A stretch of 64,000 nucleotides of DNA. Origin: a virus. How positions within the stretch are numbered: the first letter of the stretch is position 1; each line of letters starts with the position of its first letter. The stretch lies in the IMG/VR virus record IMGVR_UViG_3300022555_000009; one strand, 5' to 3'. Below, one piece after another: positions 8,519 through 17,269 of this stretch. The position numbers and the translations under genes were made by a program. The notes beneath the pieces are model-generated. The model was not told the origin of the DNA and searched no databases. It saw only the letters and a list, made by a program, of their open reading frames with translations.

Positions 8519-8692
8519 ATGGATAAGCTATACAATGATTTGAATCCGGTTATGATACGTATTTTACAATTAGACGCCAATTATACAAAATTACCAGCTG
8601 CAAAGAAAGCTATGGAACAAATTGAAACTCGACAAGAGATGGACAAAGTATTCGCGGACTACCTAGGGAGGCATTTCGACGCTTTTGCTTGA
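8519..8692 (+). CDS. Small hypothetical protein (57 aa)
   Basis: ATG 4 nt after ACTAATTA; MDKLYNDLNPVM... Confidence 0.55.
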   Translation: MDKLYNDLNPVMIRILQLDANYTKLPAAKKAMEQIETRQEMDKVFADYLGRHFDAFA

Positions 8693-8702
8693 CTAATTAT
8701 CA

Positions 8703-9038
8703 ATGAGAGCAAGAGATACAAGCACCGACCAAGTAAAGAAACTCATATACTTTTTAGACGAGACTACTGTATTCGTCGTATCAGTGGTATCCATCATTTT
8801 TTCAGATGTGCTACAAAAAAGTATCCAAGGCGGAGTCCTAGTTGCACAAGATTTTAGTCATCTTTCCTGGACAAAGATAATAGTTGCTTCGTTTATTTCT
8901 ATAATATTATATGGAAACACGAACGAGAGCTTCAAGTACAACGATCGCCATAAGCCACCCTTTATGAAAAGAGTGTACAACGCAATCCTACACGGACTAG
9001 CTTGGAAGACAATCATTGGAATCGCGGGAGTTGGATGA
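8703..9038 (+). CDS. Membrane protein with 2-3 TM segments (holin candidate)
   Basis: Hydrophobic segments; late-type motif immediately upstream. Confidence 0.5.
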   Translation: MRARDTSTDQVKKLIYFLDETTVFVVSVVSIIFSDVLQKSIQGGVLVAQDFSHLSWTKIIVASFISIILYGNTNESFKYNDRHKPPFMKRVYNAILHGLAWKTIIGIAGVG

Positions 9039-9372
9039 TATGGTGGAGTTAGATGAGATCTCATTTTCCTTCCTTGCATTTGACGATAAGAATAGGTTCT
9101 TAGGACTCAGGTCGGCCATAATAGAATTTAGCGCGCCTTGGTGTGGTCCATGTAAAGTCTTGACTCCTCGCCTAGAAGAATTGTCCAGGAAATACCAAGG
9201 TAGAGTAGACATTTATTCCGTAGATGTTGATGCACATCCCGATTTAGCGAGTCGTTTCAATATCTTTTCTATACCGACAATGCTGTTCATACCGCTAAGC
9301 GGGGAGTATAAGATTACTGTGGGTTCAGTAGCAACACAGGCTATTGAAGATTTGATACAAGAAATCCTTTAA
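9016..9372 (+). CDS. trxA: Thioredoxin
   Basis: FSAPWCGPCK active site, VDVD and SIPT motifs. Confidence 0.92.
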   Translation: MESRELDDMVELDEISFSFLAFDDKNRFLGLRSAIIEFSAPWCGPCKVLTPRLEELSRKYQGRVDIYSVDVDAHPDLASRFNIFSIPTMLFIPLSGEYKITVGSVATQAIEDLIQEIL

Positions 9373-9842
9373 GGATACAAAGTATTCATTAGATTAATGA
9401 GTCCTTGTTTATCCGCATCAGTCATCTGATCAAGAGGCTTTAATTTGCCTGCTTCAATTTCCTTGTATCGCGTACTTTCTTTTATAGCTTGAGCAGTCTG
9501 CCCTTGCATGCTAGCCACGTCTTTTCTAACATCTAAATTAGCTTCTTTAAAGTTTCCAGCATGACCCAAAAGAAGATGATGATTATCCGCGGGATGTCCT
9601 TTCTCATCCTCACATAGAGTAATGAGATTTCGATCATCCAACTCAAGTTCAGGTCGTCCGAGAGCTATGACATAATGGAAGGGTATGACATGATGTACTT
9701 GTACTTTTATGTTCTTATCCATAGTGGGCCCACAAGCTTCACAATAAGGGTGTTTTAACAGATGCCTTTTTTCAGCCAATGGCCAGTGAGGGGATCTTTC
9801 GACTCCGGCTTTTTTAATTTCTTCGTTTATTGTTACTGACAT
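9369..9842 (-). CDS. HNH endonuclease family protein
   Basis: CEAC...VHHVIPF...NLITLC...HHLLLGH. Confidence 0.8.
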   Translation of the reverse strand: MSVTINEEIKKAGVERSPHWPLAEKRHLLKHPYCEACGPTMDKNIKVQVHHVIPFHYVIALGRPELELDDRNLITLCEDEKGHPADNHHLLLGHAGNFKEANLDVRKDVASMQGQTAQAIKESTRYKEIEAGKLKPLDQMTDADKQGLINLMNTLYP

Positions 9843-9925
9843 ATTAATCTCTTCTTACTAAGTTAGTAAGAGGATACCCAAAAAGGAGGACACAATGTTA
9901 TGTTTTAAGTAAAGGAGCAAACATT

Positions 9926-10219
9926 ATGTCTCGTTCACGAAAGAAGAATTGGTTCGCTAGCGTTAATTCCCGACGGGCAAAAACCTTAGCGAATAGAATC
10001 AATCGGAGACAGCTTATCTTAGCAAGGAATGGCGAAGATGAGAATTATCTCTGTGGCAAAAACACCAAGTATAAGAGGTCCTACGACAGGTGGAATATCA
10101 GAGACTATGGTGGGAGCTGGGGAGTCATTTCTTTCACTCATAATTTTGTAGATAGGAGGGACTCCCCTTACTGGGACGAAAGAAAGAAAAATTGGCACTA
10201 CTTGATGTGGATGAAGTGA
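9926..10219 (+). CDS. Basic hypothetical phage protein
   Basis: AAGGAG RBS; MSRSRKK...WNIRDY. Confidence 0.7.
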   Translation: MSRSRKKNWFASVNSRRAKTLANRINRRQLILARNGEDENYLCGKNTKYKRSYDRWNIRDYGGSWGVISFTHNFVDRRDSPYWDERKKNWHYLMWMK

Positions 10220-10467
10220 GGAAAAATATGGAGAGTGGTACTTGTGCTCTGTTGAAGGAGCGATTCCCGGGTCATTATTTTTGGATTATCATGAGTTCTA
10301 AGAAAAGAGACCTCGTGGTAGACGGGAGTATGCCAGGAATACAATGGGAAGTTGCAGAGGAGCCTAACGTTTCTTTATTGGAAGGCGTTGTGACTTCTTT
10401 CGTAGATCAAATCTCTCCGTTGTTGCAAACCTATATTTCTTTTAAGGAGAAGAAACGCGATGTATAA
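10192..10467 (+). CDS. Hypothetical protein
   Basis: Coupled ORF in an operon. Confidence 0.55.
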   Translation: MALLDVDEVRKNMESGTCALLKERFPGHYFWIIMSSKKRDLVVDGSMPGIQWEVAEEPNVSLLEGVVTSFVDQISPLLQTYISFKEKKRDV

Positions 10468-10566
10468 GTTTTTCAAGACAATTGGACTAATTATCAAAGA
10501 TGTCTGGTTTGGCGAAGACTCGCATTCCGCTAATAGATATCGCAACCAAAAGAATTTTCACTTTCC

Positions 10567-10603
10567 TCGCCACATGTGGCTCCCCTAAACTTATATTATA
10601 TAC
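10567..10603 (+). promoter_or_regulatory. Putative early promoter
   Basis: TCGCCA-N19-TATATTATATA. Confidence 0.65.
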
Positions 10604-10626
10604 ACGTACAAACGCGGAGGACATAA

Positions 10627-11079
10627 ATGCCTAAGAAAGGTCGACCTCTCTCTAAGGACCATAAAAAGAAGATGGCTGACGGGCGAGAGAAAGCGAAGTC
10701 CAAGAAAGTTTTCCAGGAGAAGGAAGTCATAACGATGGCAGGCGAAAAGCCCACCGTTATCATAACTGGCAAGGAAATGAATGGCTTCGACTTTTGGCCT
10801 TGTCTCCGCGATGCGCTTCGACCGATACATCAGTATAGGTCCTGCCGCTTGATCGAACGCGAAATCGCAGATCCCGCTGTGTGGAACAATCTTGACCTCG
10901 TCAAAAGTATGCTCTCCAAGTATGTCGTTCTTCAGGTCGGTCCTACGGTGAAGCCGAAAAAAGCGAAGAAAGAAAAAGAAAAGAAGCCAAAGAAGCCTAT
11001 GTCTGATGAGAGAAAAGCACAACTTGTGTCTCAAATGGCGAAGGCCCGCGCGGCAAAAATCGCTAAAAATACCATATAA
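10627..11079 (+). CDS. Lys-rich early protein (possible nucleic-acid binder)
   Basis: GGAGG RBS, very basic composition. Confidence 0.7.
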   Translation: MPKKGRPLSKDHKKKMADGREKAKSKKVFQEKEVITMAGEKPTVIITGKEMNGFDFWPCLRDALRPIHQYRSCRLIEREIADPAVWNNLDLVKSMLSKYVVLQVGPTVKPKKAKKEKEKKPKKPMSDERKAQLVSQMAKARAAKIAKNTI

Positions 11080-11102
11080 GTTCTAAAAAATCAGCTTTTT
11101 CT

Positions 11103-11139
11103 TTGCCGCCGACGTTTAATGCGGTCTTATATTATATAT
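11103..11139 (+). promoter_or_regulatory. Putative early promoter
   Basis: TTGCCG-N19-TATATTATATA. Confidence 0.7.
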
Positions 11140-11179
11140 GTAAGCACGGAAAACGAAAGAAATACGAGCGGAGGACCGA

Positions 11180-11653
11180 ATGGATATGAAGATGGCGAGG
11201 AAGCTGGCCGAGGTTCTGGACGATGTCTCCGGTAACGGTGATCTTGGCAGGGCCGAAGCGGCCGCAGTCCTCCTTCTTATTGAGGTCAAGCGTCTTGAGA
11301 GGGAACTCGCTCAGAAGAACGATCGCATCGAGGACCTTTCAGAAAAGGTTGCTCGCGCCCGATACGCAATAAACGCAATAAAGGTTGCGGTTCCAGTTCG
11401 AACTCCCGAGCAGTGTGCACTCGATTTCAGTAAGCAGGTCTATGAGGATCTTTGCAGGCGATACCCTTCCGGCACCGTACCCATGGAGGTTTTCAATCGT
11501 CTCGAGAACCAGATTCGTCCGTACATGCGTTCAAAGGGTCTCCGGGTCATCTATCGCGGTCCGCGCAAATCAAATAACGTCCATTCGTGGTCGAAGCCTT
11601 CAATGACTAGGCGCTGTGATGCGACTGGCGCGAGCATCGTTTACTCGAAGTAA
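11180..11653 (+). CDS. Hypothetical early protein
   Basis: GGAGG RBS; coiled coil followed by LRVIYRGPR motif. Confidence 0.7.
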   Translation: MDMKMARKLAEVLDDVSGNGDLGRAEAAAVLLLIEVKRLERELAQKNDRIEDLSEKVARARYAINAIKVAVPVRTPEQCALDFSKQVYEDLCRRYPSGTVPMEVFNRLENQIRPYMRSKGLRVIYRGPRKSNNVHSWSKPSMTRRCDATGASIVYSK

Positions 11654-11664
11654 GGGAGAGATAC

Positions 11665-11865
11665 GTGCTGACTAAGCTTGACAAGCGCACTGGACGCAGA
11701 GTTGTCATCGAGGATGGAAGTGTCTTCAGTATGACTCGCATAACTTGTTTCTGCGGCTCCGAGTTCGATCTTATTTCCGAGTGTTCTTGTCCCCGGTGCG
11801 GGGAACGGTTTAATATCTTCGGACAGAATCTCAAGTCCGATGAAGACTACGATGAGGACTACTAA
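11665..11865 (+). CDS. Small Zn-ribbon protein
   Basis: CFCG...CPRCGERFNIFGQNL. Confidence 0.7.
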   Translation: MLTKLDKRTGRRVVIEDGSVFSMTRITCFCGSEFDLISECSCPRCGERFNIFGQNLKSDEDYDEDY

Positions 11866-12506
11866 GATGAAGGAAGAGAAAGACATCACGATATGGCGGG
11901 CGGCTCTGGAGCTTATCTCTTTCTTGTTTTGTGTGCTCGTCATCTTCTCATTCGCACTATTTAGGTAATAGAAAAATTGTCTATCACAGTGACGCTCCGA
12001 CCGTGCAGGAAGGAGATGATGGTTTCCCCATAAGGAAGGCCCAGCCAAAGTAGCTCTTCTGCAAAATGGTTCACCGTGATAGATTGTTTTAAGTTGGAGA
12101 TTTTACATCGAAGCCTAGGCTAACGCCCATCAGGCAGAGCGATCTGATTTTGACGAATCGACGTCAAGAGCTTTGGTGCGAAATCTTCAAACTAGGTCCC
12201 CGTTACACTTGCTGTGGTTACACTTGCTGTGTGGCGGAGAGCAGGACTAATCACCCTGGGGCCTGGGAGGCTGATTACCTCATGAAGCGGTCTTGGTTTC
12301 CCACTTCCCGTTCTGCGCAGAAGAATGGAAAGTGGCTGAAAATACTTTGAGGCTTAGTAATCTTGTTGTGTATATCGGTACCGTAGTGCACGACCGGGTG
12401 ATAGGTGGAAATGCTGAGAAGTCGACCAGCCTAAGCCTCTGAGTATTTTCAAAGGGTAAGACGTAAAGGAGGTATCCGGGTTCAAATCCCGGGGAATAAC
12501 ACATAG

Positions 12507-12590
12507 GGGAGATTAGTGTAAGGGCAGCACGGAGGATTATGGCCTGTCTAGACGTCCACCTCCAGAGCCGGTTCGAATCCGGCACTCCCA
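12507..12590 (+). ncRNA. tRNA-like fold with a 23-nt anticodon-loop region
   Basis: gggag/ctccc acceptor; D arm gtgt/gcac; stem ggagg/cctcc enclosing 23 nt; T arm gccgg-ttcgaat-ccggc. Confidence 0.6.
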
Positions 12591-12686
12591 CATTAGACGG
12601 GTCTTATTTTCTATCCCTGGCAGGAAAAGGAGATGAGTATCGTCCTACTTTAGTTCAGAGACATGCCAGTGTTGAGAACGGAGCAG

Positions 12687-12757
12687 ATTCGCTTATTGTT
12701 AATGGTAGCAAACCTCCGGTTCAGGGGGTAGAGCAGGTTCGATTCCTGCAGCGAATA
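12687..12757 (+). ncRNA. tRNA-like fold with aberrant anticodon loop
   Basis: Perfect acceptor attcgct/agcgaat; D arm ttgt/gcaa; acctcc-GGTTCA-gggggt arm; T arm gcagg-ttcgatt-cctgc. Confidence 0.65.
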
Positions 12758-12769
12758 GAGATTACTTAC

Positions 12770-13006
12770 ATGACTGAGAAAGAAAAGAATATTCAGTTGA
12801 AAAAAATCCGCGCTAAGATAGCCAATCTTACCGAGGCGTATGAGAAGTCTGTAGGCTCCTTAGAAGATCAGCTTTATACCCTCGAGGCTGTGGTGACCGA
12901 AGAAGAAAAAGTCAGGATAGAACTTGCTGGGGTCGCCGAGGCCTACTATGATGAAGTGAAGTGGCGAAAGCACGTCGAAGAAAACCAGATTCATAATCTT
13001 TGTTAA
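12770..13006 (+). CDS. Hypothetical coiled-coil protein (start ATG 12770)
   Basis: Upstream portion of the track ORF overlaps RNA genes. Confidence 0.6.
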   Translation: MTEKEKNIQLKKIRAKIANLTEAYEKSVGSLEDQLYTLEAVVTEEEKVRIELAGVAEAYYDEVKWRKHVEENQIHNLC

Positions 13007-13016
13007 CATTATTTTT

Positions 13017-13090
13017 GGCCTTATAGTATAACTGGATAGTACGGCAGTTTCCTAAACTGTCAAGTGGGGGTTCGAGTCCTCTTAGGGCTA
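13017..13090 (+). tRNA. tRNA-Arg(CCT)
   Basis: Acceptor ggcctta/tagggct; stem gcagt/actgt with loop TT-CCT-AA; GTTCGAGTC. Confidence 0.88.
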
Positions 13091-13092
13091 TT

Positions 13093-13494
13093 TTGGGGGA
13101 TTTGATGACAAGCGAGAGAGAACAATATCTTGTCGAAATGTACTCTAAGCTTTTTCCTCCTATGCCAAATATCCGACGGTTTGGTTTCGAGCATGGCGAC
13201 GGCTGGTTTGGACTTATCGAAGGTCTCTGTAAGGAGATCGATTCCTTGGGCGATATCGGCTTCGAATTCGACCAGATCAAGGAAAAGTTCGGCTCCTTAC
13301 GCATCTACTACCACGGCGTAAATGATATGCTCAGAAGCCGACTCGTGGATTACCTAATTGATAAGTATGAGAACATGAGCAAGTCAACCTGCGAGGAATG
13401 TGGTGATGTTGCCCAGATAGAAAATGTCAACGGTTGGCTTACGACATTGTGTCCGTGTCATCTTGAATCGTTCAAGAGGGAGAGCCTCAAATGA
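13093..13494 (+). CDS. Conserved phage protein with C-terminal Zn ribbon
   Basis: GDGWF..L, QIKEKFGSLRIY, CEECG...TLC..H. Confidence 0.75.
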   Translation: MGDLMTSEREQYLVEMYSKLFPPMPNIRRFGFEHGDGWFGLIEGLCKEIDSLGDIGFEFDQIKEKFGSLRIYYHGVNDMLRSRLVDYLIDKYENMSKSTCEECGDVAQIENVNGWLTTLCPCHLESFKRESLK

Positions 13495-13817
13495 AGCGGT
13501 TGTTTTTAATTCTTACTATATCTCTTTTCTCCATGTACCTGTTTGCTCAAGATCCCTTTATCGGTAAGACATTTCGCGTAGAATGTATGCCGCCAGATTT
13601 GGTCACAGCCACGCTCATAAAGGTGTATCCAGATTGGATGCGCTTTTTGAATGACAAAGGTGTGACCAAGTCTTATCCTTATCGAGTCAGTGAAAACTTG
13701 GTGTGGATCAGCAATATGGCGTACAGGTTCAAGACTCTGAAGACAGGGGTTGAACTGGTGCCATGTTTTGATTTCGCGGAGTACAAATCTCTGAAGCTTA
13801 TTGAGGTAAAGAAGTGA
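13491..13817 (+). CDS. Putative exported protein
   Basis: MKR plus hydrophobic stretch plus LFA-QD signal peptide. Confidence 0.65.
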   Translation: MKRLFLILTISLFSMYLFAQDPFIGKTFRVECMPPDLVTATLIKVYPDWMRFLNDKGVTKSYPYRVSENLVWISNMAYRFKTLKTGVELVPCFDFAEYKSLKLIEVKK

Positions 13818-13991
13818 TCAAAGCTACTATCATTTTCGACAATAAGATGGCCTCGAGCATGGGGCATTATTACTTAACTGCAGGTCAATATGAAAATCTA
13901 GACCTACTATAAATAAAGGATTTTCAGGATGGCAACCTTAACTCGCCAGAGTTCTTTTCCAGTAAGACTTAAACCGTGTCTAGGTTCTAAA

Positions 13992-14027
13992 AATCCCGCT
14001 TCCCCTAACACGAGGCGGGATTTTTTC
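13992..14027 (+). terminator. Intrinsic terminator
   Basis: aatcccgcttc...gaggcgggatttttt. Confidence 0.75.
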
Positions 14028-14053
14028 TTTATACTAATTCAAAGAGGGTGTAA

Positions 14054-14482
14054 ATGCGAATATCTGCCGGATTGATCCTATATACAAAAAATAAAGAGAT
14101 GTTGGCATGTATACCTTACGGTAAAGCTAAGTTTAATCATAATAACCTTGACCTTCCTAAGGGTGGTATTGAACCAGGAGAATCTCCTAAGGAAGGTGTT
14201 GTTCGAGAGGTCAAGGAAGAGACAGGATTGGACGTATCGAAGTGGGACCTCGTAGACGTAGGTGAATTTCCTTACATGGAAGAGAAAAGGTTACATCTAT
14301 TTATTTGTAAGGTGCCCAATTTAAACTTTGTGTCGGCCTTGAGTTGTCACTCCACCTTTAGTTACTTTGGTCGTATAGTTCCGGAGCATGTAGGCTACCG
14401 GGTTATAAAGTTTGAAGATATAAGGACCTCCTTCTATCGGAAGTTAGTTCCTATTTTAGAGAAAATATGTCAGAAGCTGTGA
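14054..14482 (+). CDS. Nudix hydrolase
   Basis: Nudix box GGIEPGESPKEGVVREVKEETG. Confidence 0.92.
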   Translation: MRISAGLILYTKNKEMLACIPYGKAKFNHNNLDLPKGGIEPGESPKEGVVREVKEETGLDVSKWDLVDVGEFPYMEEKRLHLFICKVPNLNFVSALSCHSTFSYFGRIVPEHVGYRVIKFEDIRTSFYRKLVPILEKICQKL

Positions 14483-14497
14483 GGATATAATATATTT

Positions 14498-14782
14498 ATG
14501 AAGCCCATACACGACGTCTACCGCGATTTTATCAATGACCCCAGAACCCTGACCAACTTGACAGCCATGGGATTCTCCCATGTGTGTGAACAAAAGCAGC
14601 AGGGGTTTACTACTATGGAATTTGTTCCAGGACAAGGATTGGTGGAAGTAACGTCCTTCGATTATGGGAGTAGATATAAAGCCTTAACTTCGATGCTGTT
14701 GACTCTTATTCAGACCGAGTACCCGGAGTTCCTTGTATCTCCAGAGGATTTAAAAAGTGACAGTTCTAATAGATCTGGATAA
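14498..14782 (+). CDS. Hypothetical protein
   Basis: ORF within an operon. Confidence 0.6.
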   Translation: MKPIHDVYRDFINDPRTLTNLTAMGFSHVCEQKQQGFTTMEFVPGQGLVEVTSFDYGSRYKALTSMLLTLIQTEYPEFLVSPEDLKSDSSNRSG

Positions 14783-15308
14783 TACTTGTAATGATTTCAC
14801 CGGCTTGTTTATCAAGTGGGTCGAAAAATTAGGTTACGAGTTTGATTATGATAAATACGATTCCTGGGATATTGAGGATGCTATCGTCGCAGATAATCCC
14901 AGGAAAGTTTTAGCTGAGATTCTTGACAATCTTAAGTTCTGGGATGAGCTGACGCCCCTGCCTGGGTGTGTCGAAGCCATGAGAAAAATCAATAGCAAGT
15001 ATACTGTAAAAATAGTCACGATCCCCTGGAAGCCTGAATCTGCGTTTCAAAATCAAAAGAAAAAATGGGTCCGCAAGTACTTCCCCTTCATATCAAATAA
15101 TCAAATCTCTTTCGAATCTAAAAAATGGTTAGTAGATGGCGATGTCATTATAGACGATAAACCTGCTATTCTTAAAAAATCTGCCGACCTAAAACTAACT
15201 ATAAAGCACATACAGCCTTACAACGAAGATACTGACACGGACTATGAATTTTCTAACTGGTCTGAGGTTCCTAGCATTCTAAGAAAAGCTGAGAAGGACT
15301 TGGCATAA
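14757..15308 (+). CDS. 5'(3')-deoxyribonucleotidase (HAD family, NT5C-like)
   Basis: IDLDNT, KKKWVRKYFP, DVIIDDKP, PYN motifs. Confidence 0.85.
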   Translation: MTVLIDLDNTCNDFTGLFIKWVEKLGYEFDYDKYDSWDIEDAIVADNPRKVLAEILDNLKFWDELTPLPGCVEAMRKINSKYTVKIVTIPWKPESAFQNQKKKWVRKYFPFISNNQISFESKKWLVDGDVIIDDKPAILKKSADLKLTIKHIQPYNEDTDTDYEFSNWSEVPSILRKAEKDLA

Positions 15309-15352
15309 TTTTCTACAAATCTCTCTATATTAAAAATTAAGAGGATATACTC

Positions 15353-15628
15353 ATGGTCAAAGACAGCTCCGGTATGCACTTCGATTCTTGGGATCGAGCT
15401 ATAGATTACTTATCTCAAAATAACATAGGGCTAAAAATCAATAGAAATAAGTACTTATGGGTATGGAATGAAAACACTGAGTCCATAAGTTACTTAGGTG
15501 AAGAAGGGGACGACGATAATCTCCTACGAGCTCTGGAAAGAGCTATAGACAACCTCTTCTATAAGGTAGAAACAGGTCGACTAGGAAAAACAATTGGTGA
15601 AGATATTTCAGGAGAAATAAATGTATAA
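15353..15628 (+). CDS. Hypothetical protein
   Basis: GAGGA RBS. Confidence 0.6.
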   Translation: MVKDSSGMHFDSWDRAIDYLSQNNIGLKINRNKYLWVWNENTESISYLGEEGDDDNLLRALERAIDNLFYKVETGRLGKTIGEDISGEINV

Positions 15629-16166
15629 TATTACGAAAGAGTTTGAATTCGCCTACGCTCATAGAATCTGGAATCAGAAATTAAATGGCCCACAAAGTCT
15701 CAATGCTAAGCCTAAGTGTAGAAACATACACGGACATAATGCTAGAGTTATTGTGGCCCTAAGTTCGCCAGGACTACAAAGCCATGGTGTGGTCCTGGAT
15801 TATAACGAGCTAAACTTCTTCAAGAAGTTCCTAGATGAGGTTCTTGATCACAAGTACATCATCGATGAGTCAGACCCTCTTCTTCCTCAAGATGTGCTTA
15901 TGAGAAATAAGTCTTCCTACAAAGTATTCGACACCTCTAATTTTCGAGAGAGCTGGGGGCGTGATGTAGATGATTTCGATCAGCCCCATCTAGAGTATCT
16001 CGAGTCCTTTGTAATTGTTCCTTTCGTTCCTACCTCTGAAAACTTGGCCAAATGGTTGTTTGAGAACATTGAGCAGTATTTGGGCAAGATGGTGGCTAGT
16101 GTTACGTTCTCTGAGTCTGCAAAGACGACAGCAACTTACTTCAAAGATATATCGGCAGGAGCTTAA
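15621..16166 (+). CDS. queD: 6-carboxy-tetrahydropterin synthase / PTPS family
   Basis: FEFAYAHR, CRNIHGHN, LDHK, PTSENLA, terminal E. Confidence 0.88.
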   Translation: MYNITKEFEFAYAHRIWNQKLNGPQSLNAKPKCRNIHGHNARVIVALSSPGLQSHGVVLDYNELNFFKKFLDEVLDHKYIIDESDPLLPQDVLMRNKSSYKVFDTSNFRESWGRDVDDFDQPHLEYLESFVIVPFVPTSENLAKWLFENIEQYLGKMVASVTFSESAKTTATYFKDISAGA

Positions 16167-16167
16167 A

Positions 16168-16449
16168 ATGAGTAAAAATACAGCAGATCAACTAGTGAAG
16201 TGTCCTGTGTGCAACGCGATGTCTTATCCCTTGGTTAATAAATCTCAAATAGATTTTCTTAAGGATGGCGAAGAGATTCTTCTTATGTGTGGAGCCTGTA
16301 AGCGGATCATGAATCCCTTCTTCAAATTGTTTCAGAAGTATGCTGCAGAGTTTGAGGAGCTGAAGAAAGCAACAGATCCTGAACCAGAGGAAAAGCAAGA
16401 GGAATTTGAAAAGACCGAAGAGGCAAAGGTAGCTACTACCGATGTTTGA
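16168..16449 (+). CDS. Small Zn-finger protein (start ATG 16168)
   Basis: CPVC...CGAC; AGGAG RBS. Confidence 0.6.
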   Translation: MSKNTADQLVKCPVCNAMSYPLVNKSQIDFLKDGEEILLMCGACKRIMNPFFKLFQKYAAEFEELKKATDPEPEEKQEEFEKTEEAKVATTDV

Positions 16450-17269
16450 GCATAATATGCCTCCAGTGAGGTTTGCATTCATAGAGGGATATGAATCTTT
16501 TCCTCCTAGAAGAGGAACACCTGATTCTGCAGGGATGGATGTATATATTCCAATGTTTAACGACGCTTTCAATTTTGAATTCTTGGACAAGAATCAAGAT
16601 CACAATAAAAGAGCTTTAATCGTTTCTTCAGCCGACAAGATTATAGTAAAGGCTGGTGGACATATTCTTATCCCCACAGGGTTGAAATTAGATATTCCCA
16701 AAGGCACATATATTGACGTGTGCACCAAGTCAGGTCACTTCGCTAATTTCGGGATGAAGGTTGGCAGTCATGTTATCGATGCCGACTACCAGGGACAAGT
16801 TTACATATCCTTGTTTAATACCAACCCATACGAAGTACTTTTAGTACCAGGCAAAGCATGCGCCCAACTTATACATAAGCCCTGCATTATTCAAGACTGG
16901 GAGTTTACCACTGAAGACCACTTACATGAAGTCACGTCAGTGAGAGGCACTGGGGGTTTCGGTAGCACAGGAGAATCGGGCGGGAACGATGGAAGTTTCG
17001 ATCCTTCAGCTTTACCAAATCACCTGAGGCGAGCGCCGTCTCTAAAGAATACTCTCGGCAAACCAGTGAAAGAACAGCGAGAAACTCCTGCTGACAAATT
17101 AAGACCTCCTCCTGATACTCCGGAGGAGATTCGAAAAGCCCTCGCGAATAAAAAGGGATCTAATATGGTTGATGGGGTTGATATTAGTTCGTGGGAAGGT
17201 TCGTGGGAAGAGGAAGATCAGCTAAGCCAAGATATAGACTGGGCTGACGAAGCTCGTCGGGTACTCTGA
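16442..17269 (+). CDS. dut: Trimeric dUTPase with a long C-terminal extension
   Basis: SAGMD, IPTG, KSG, VIDADYQG, AQLI, RGTGGFGSTG. Confidence 0.9.
   Translation: MFEHNMPPVRFAFIEGYESFPPRRGTPDSAGMDVYIPMFNDAFNFEFLDKNQDHNKRALIVSSADKIIVKAGGHILIPTGLKLDIPKGTYIDVCTKSGHFANFGMKVGSHVIDADYQGQVYISLFNTNPYEVLLVPGKACAQLIHKPCIIQDWEFTTEDHLHEVTSVRGTGGFGSTGESGGNDGSFDPSALPNHLRRAPSLKNTLGKPVKEQRETPADKLRPPPDTPEEIRKALANKKGSNMVDGVDISSWEGSWEEEDQLSQDIDWADEARRVL

Larger units (their letters stand above)
11980..12757 (+). ncRNA. Structured non-coding RNA locus (one large ornate RNA or an array of small RNAs)
   Basis: Consecutive long stems with GU wobbles, loop-loop complementarities, three T-arm motifs, no credible ORF. 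Confidence 0.7.

Noticed and set aside
12010-12060. SRP (4.5S) RNA, suggested by AAGGAAG..CAGCCAA
   Set aside because: The conserved CAGG-tetraloop-AGCA helix geometry is not reproduced.
11980-12500. tmRNA, or an HDV/theta or hammerhead ribozyme
   Set aside because: No tmRNA 5' acceptor or tag ORF; no HDV L3/J4-2 core or CUGAUGA/GAAA core found by eye.
12150-12769. Track ORFs 12150-12350, 12280-12591 and the 5' part of 12539-13006
   Set aside because: No RBS, implausible composition, and they run through strongly base-paired RNA elements.
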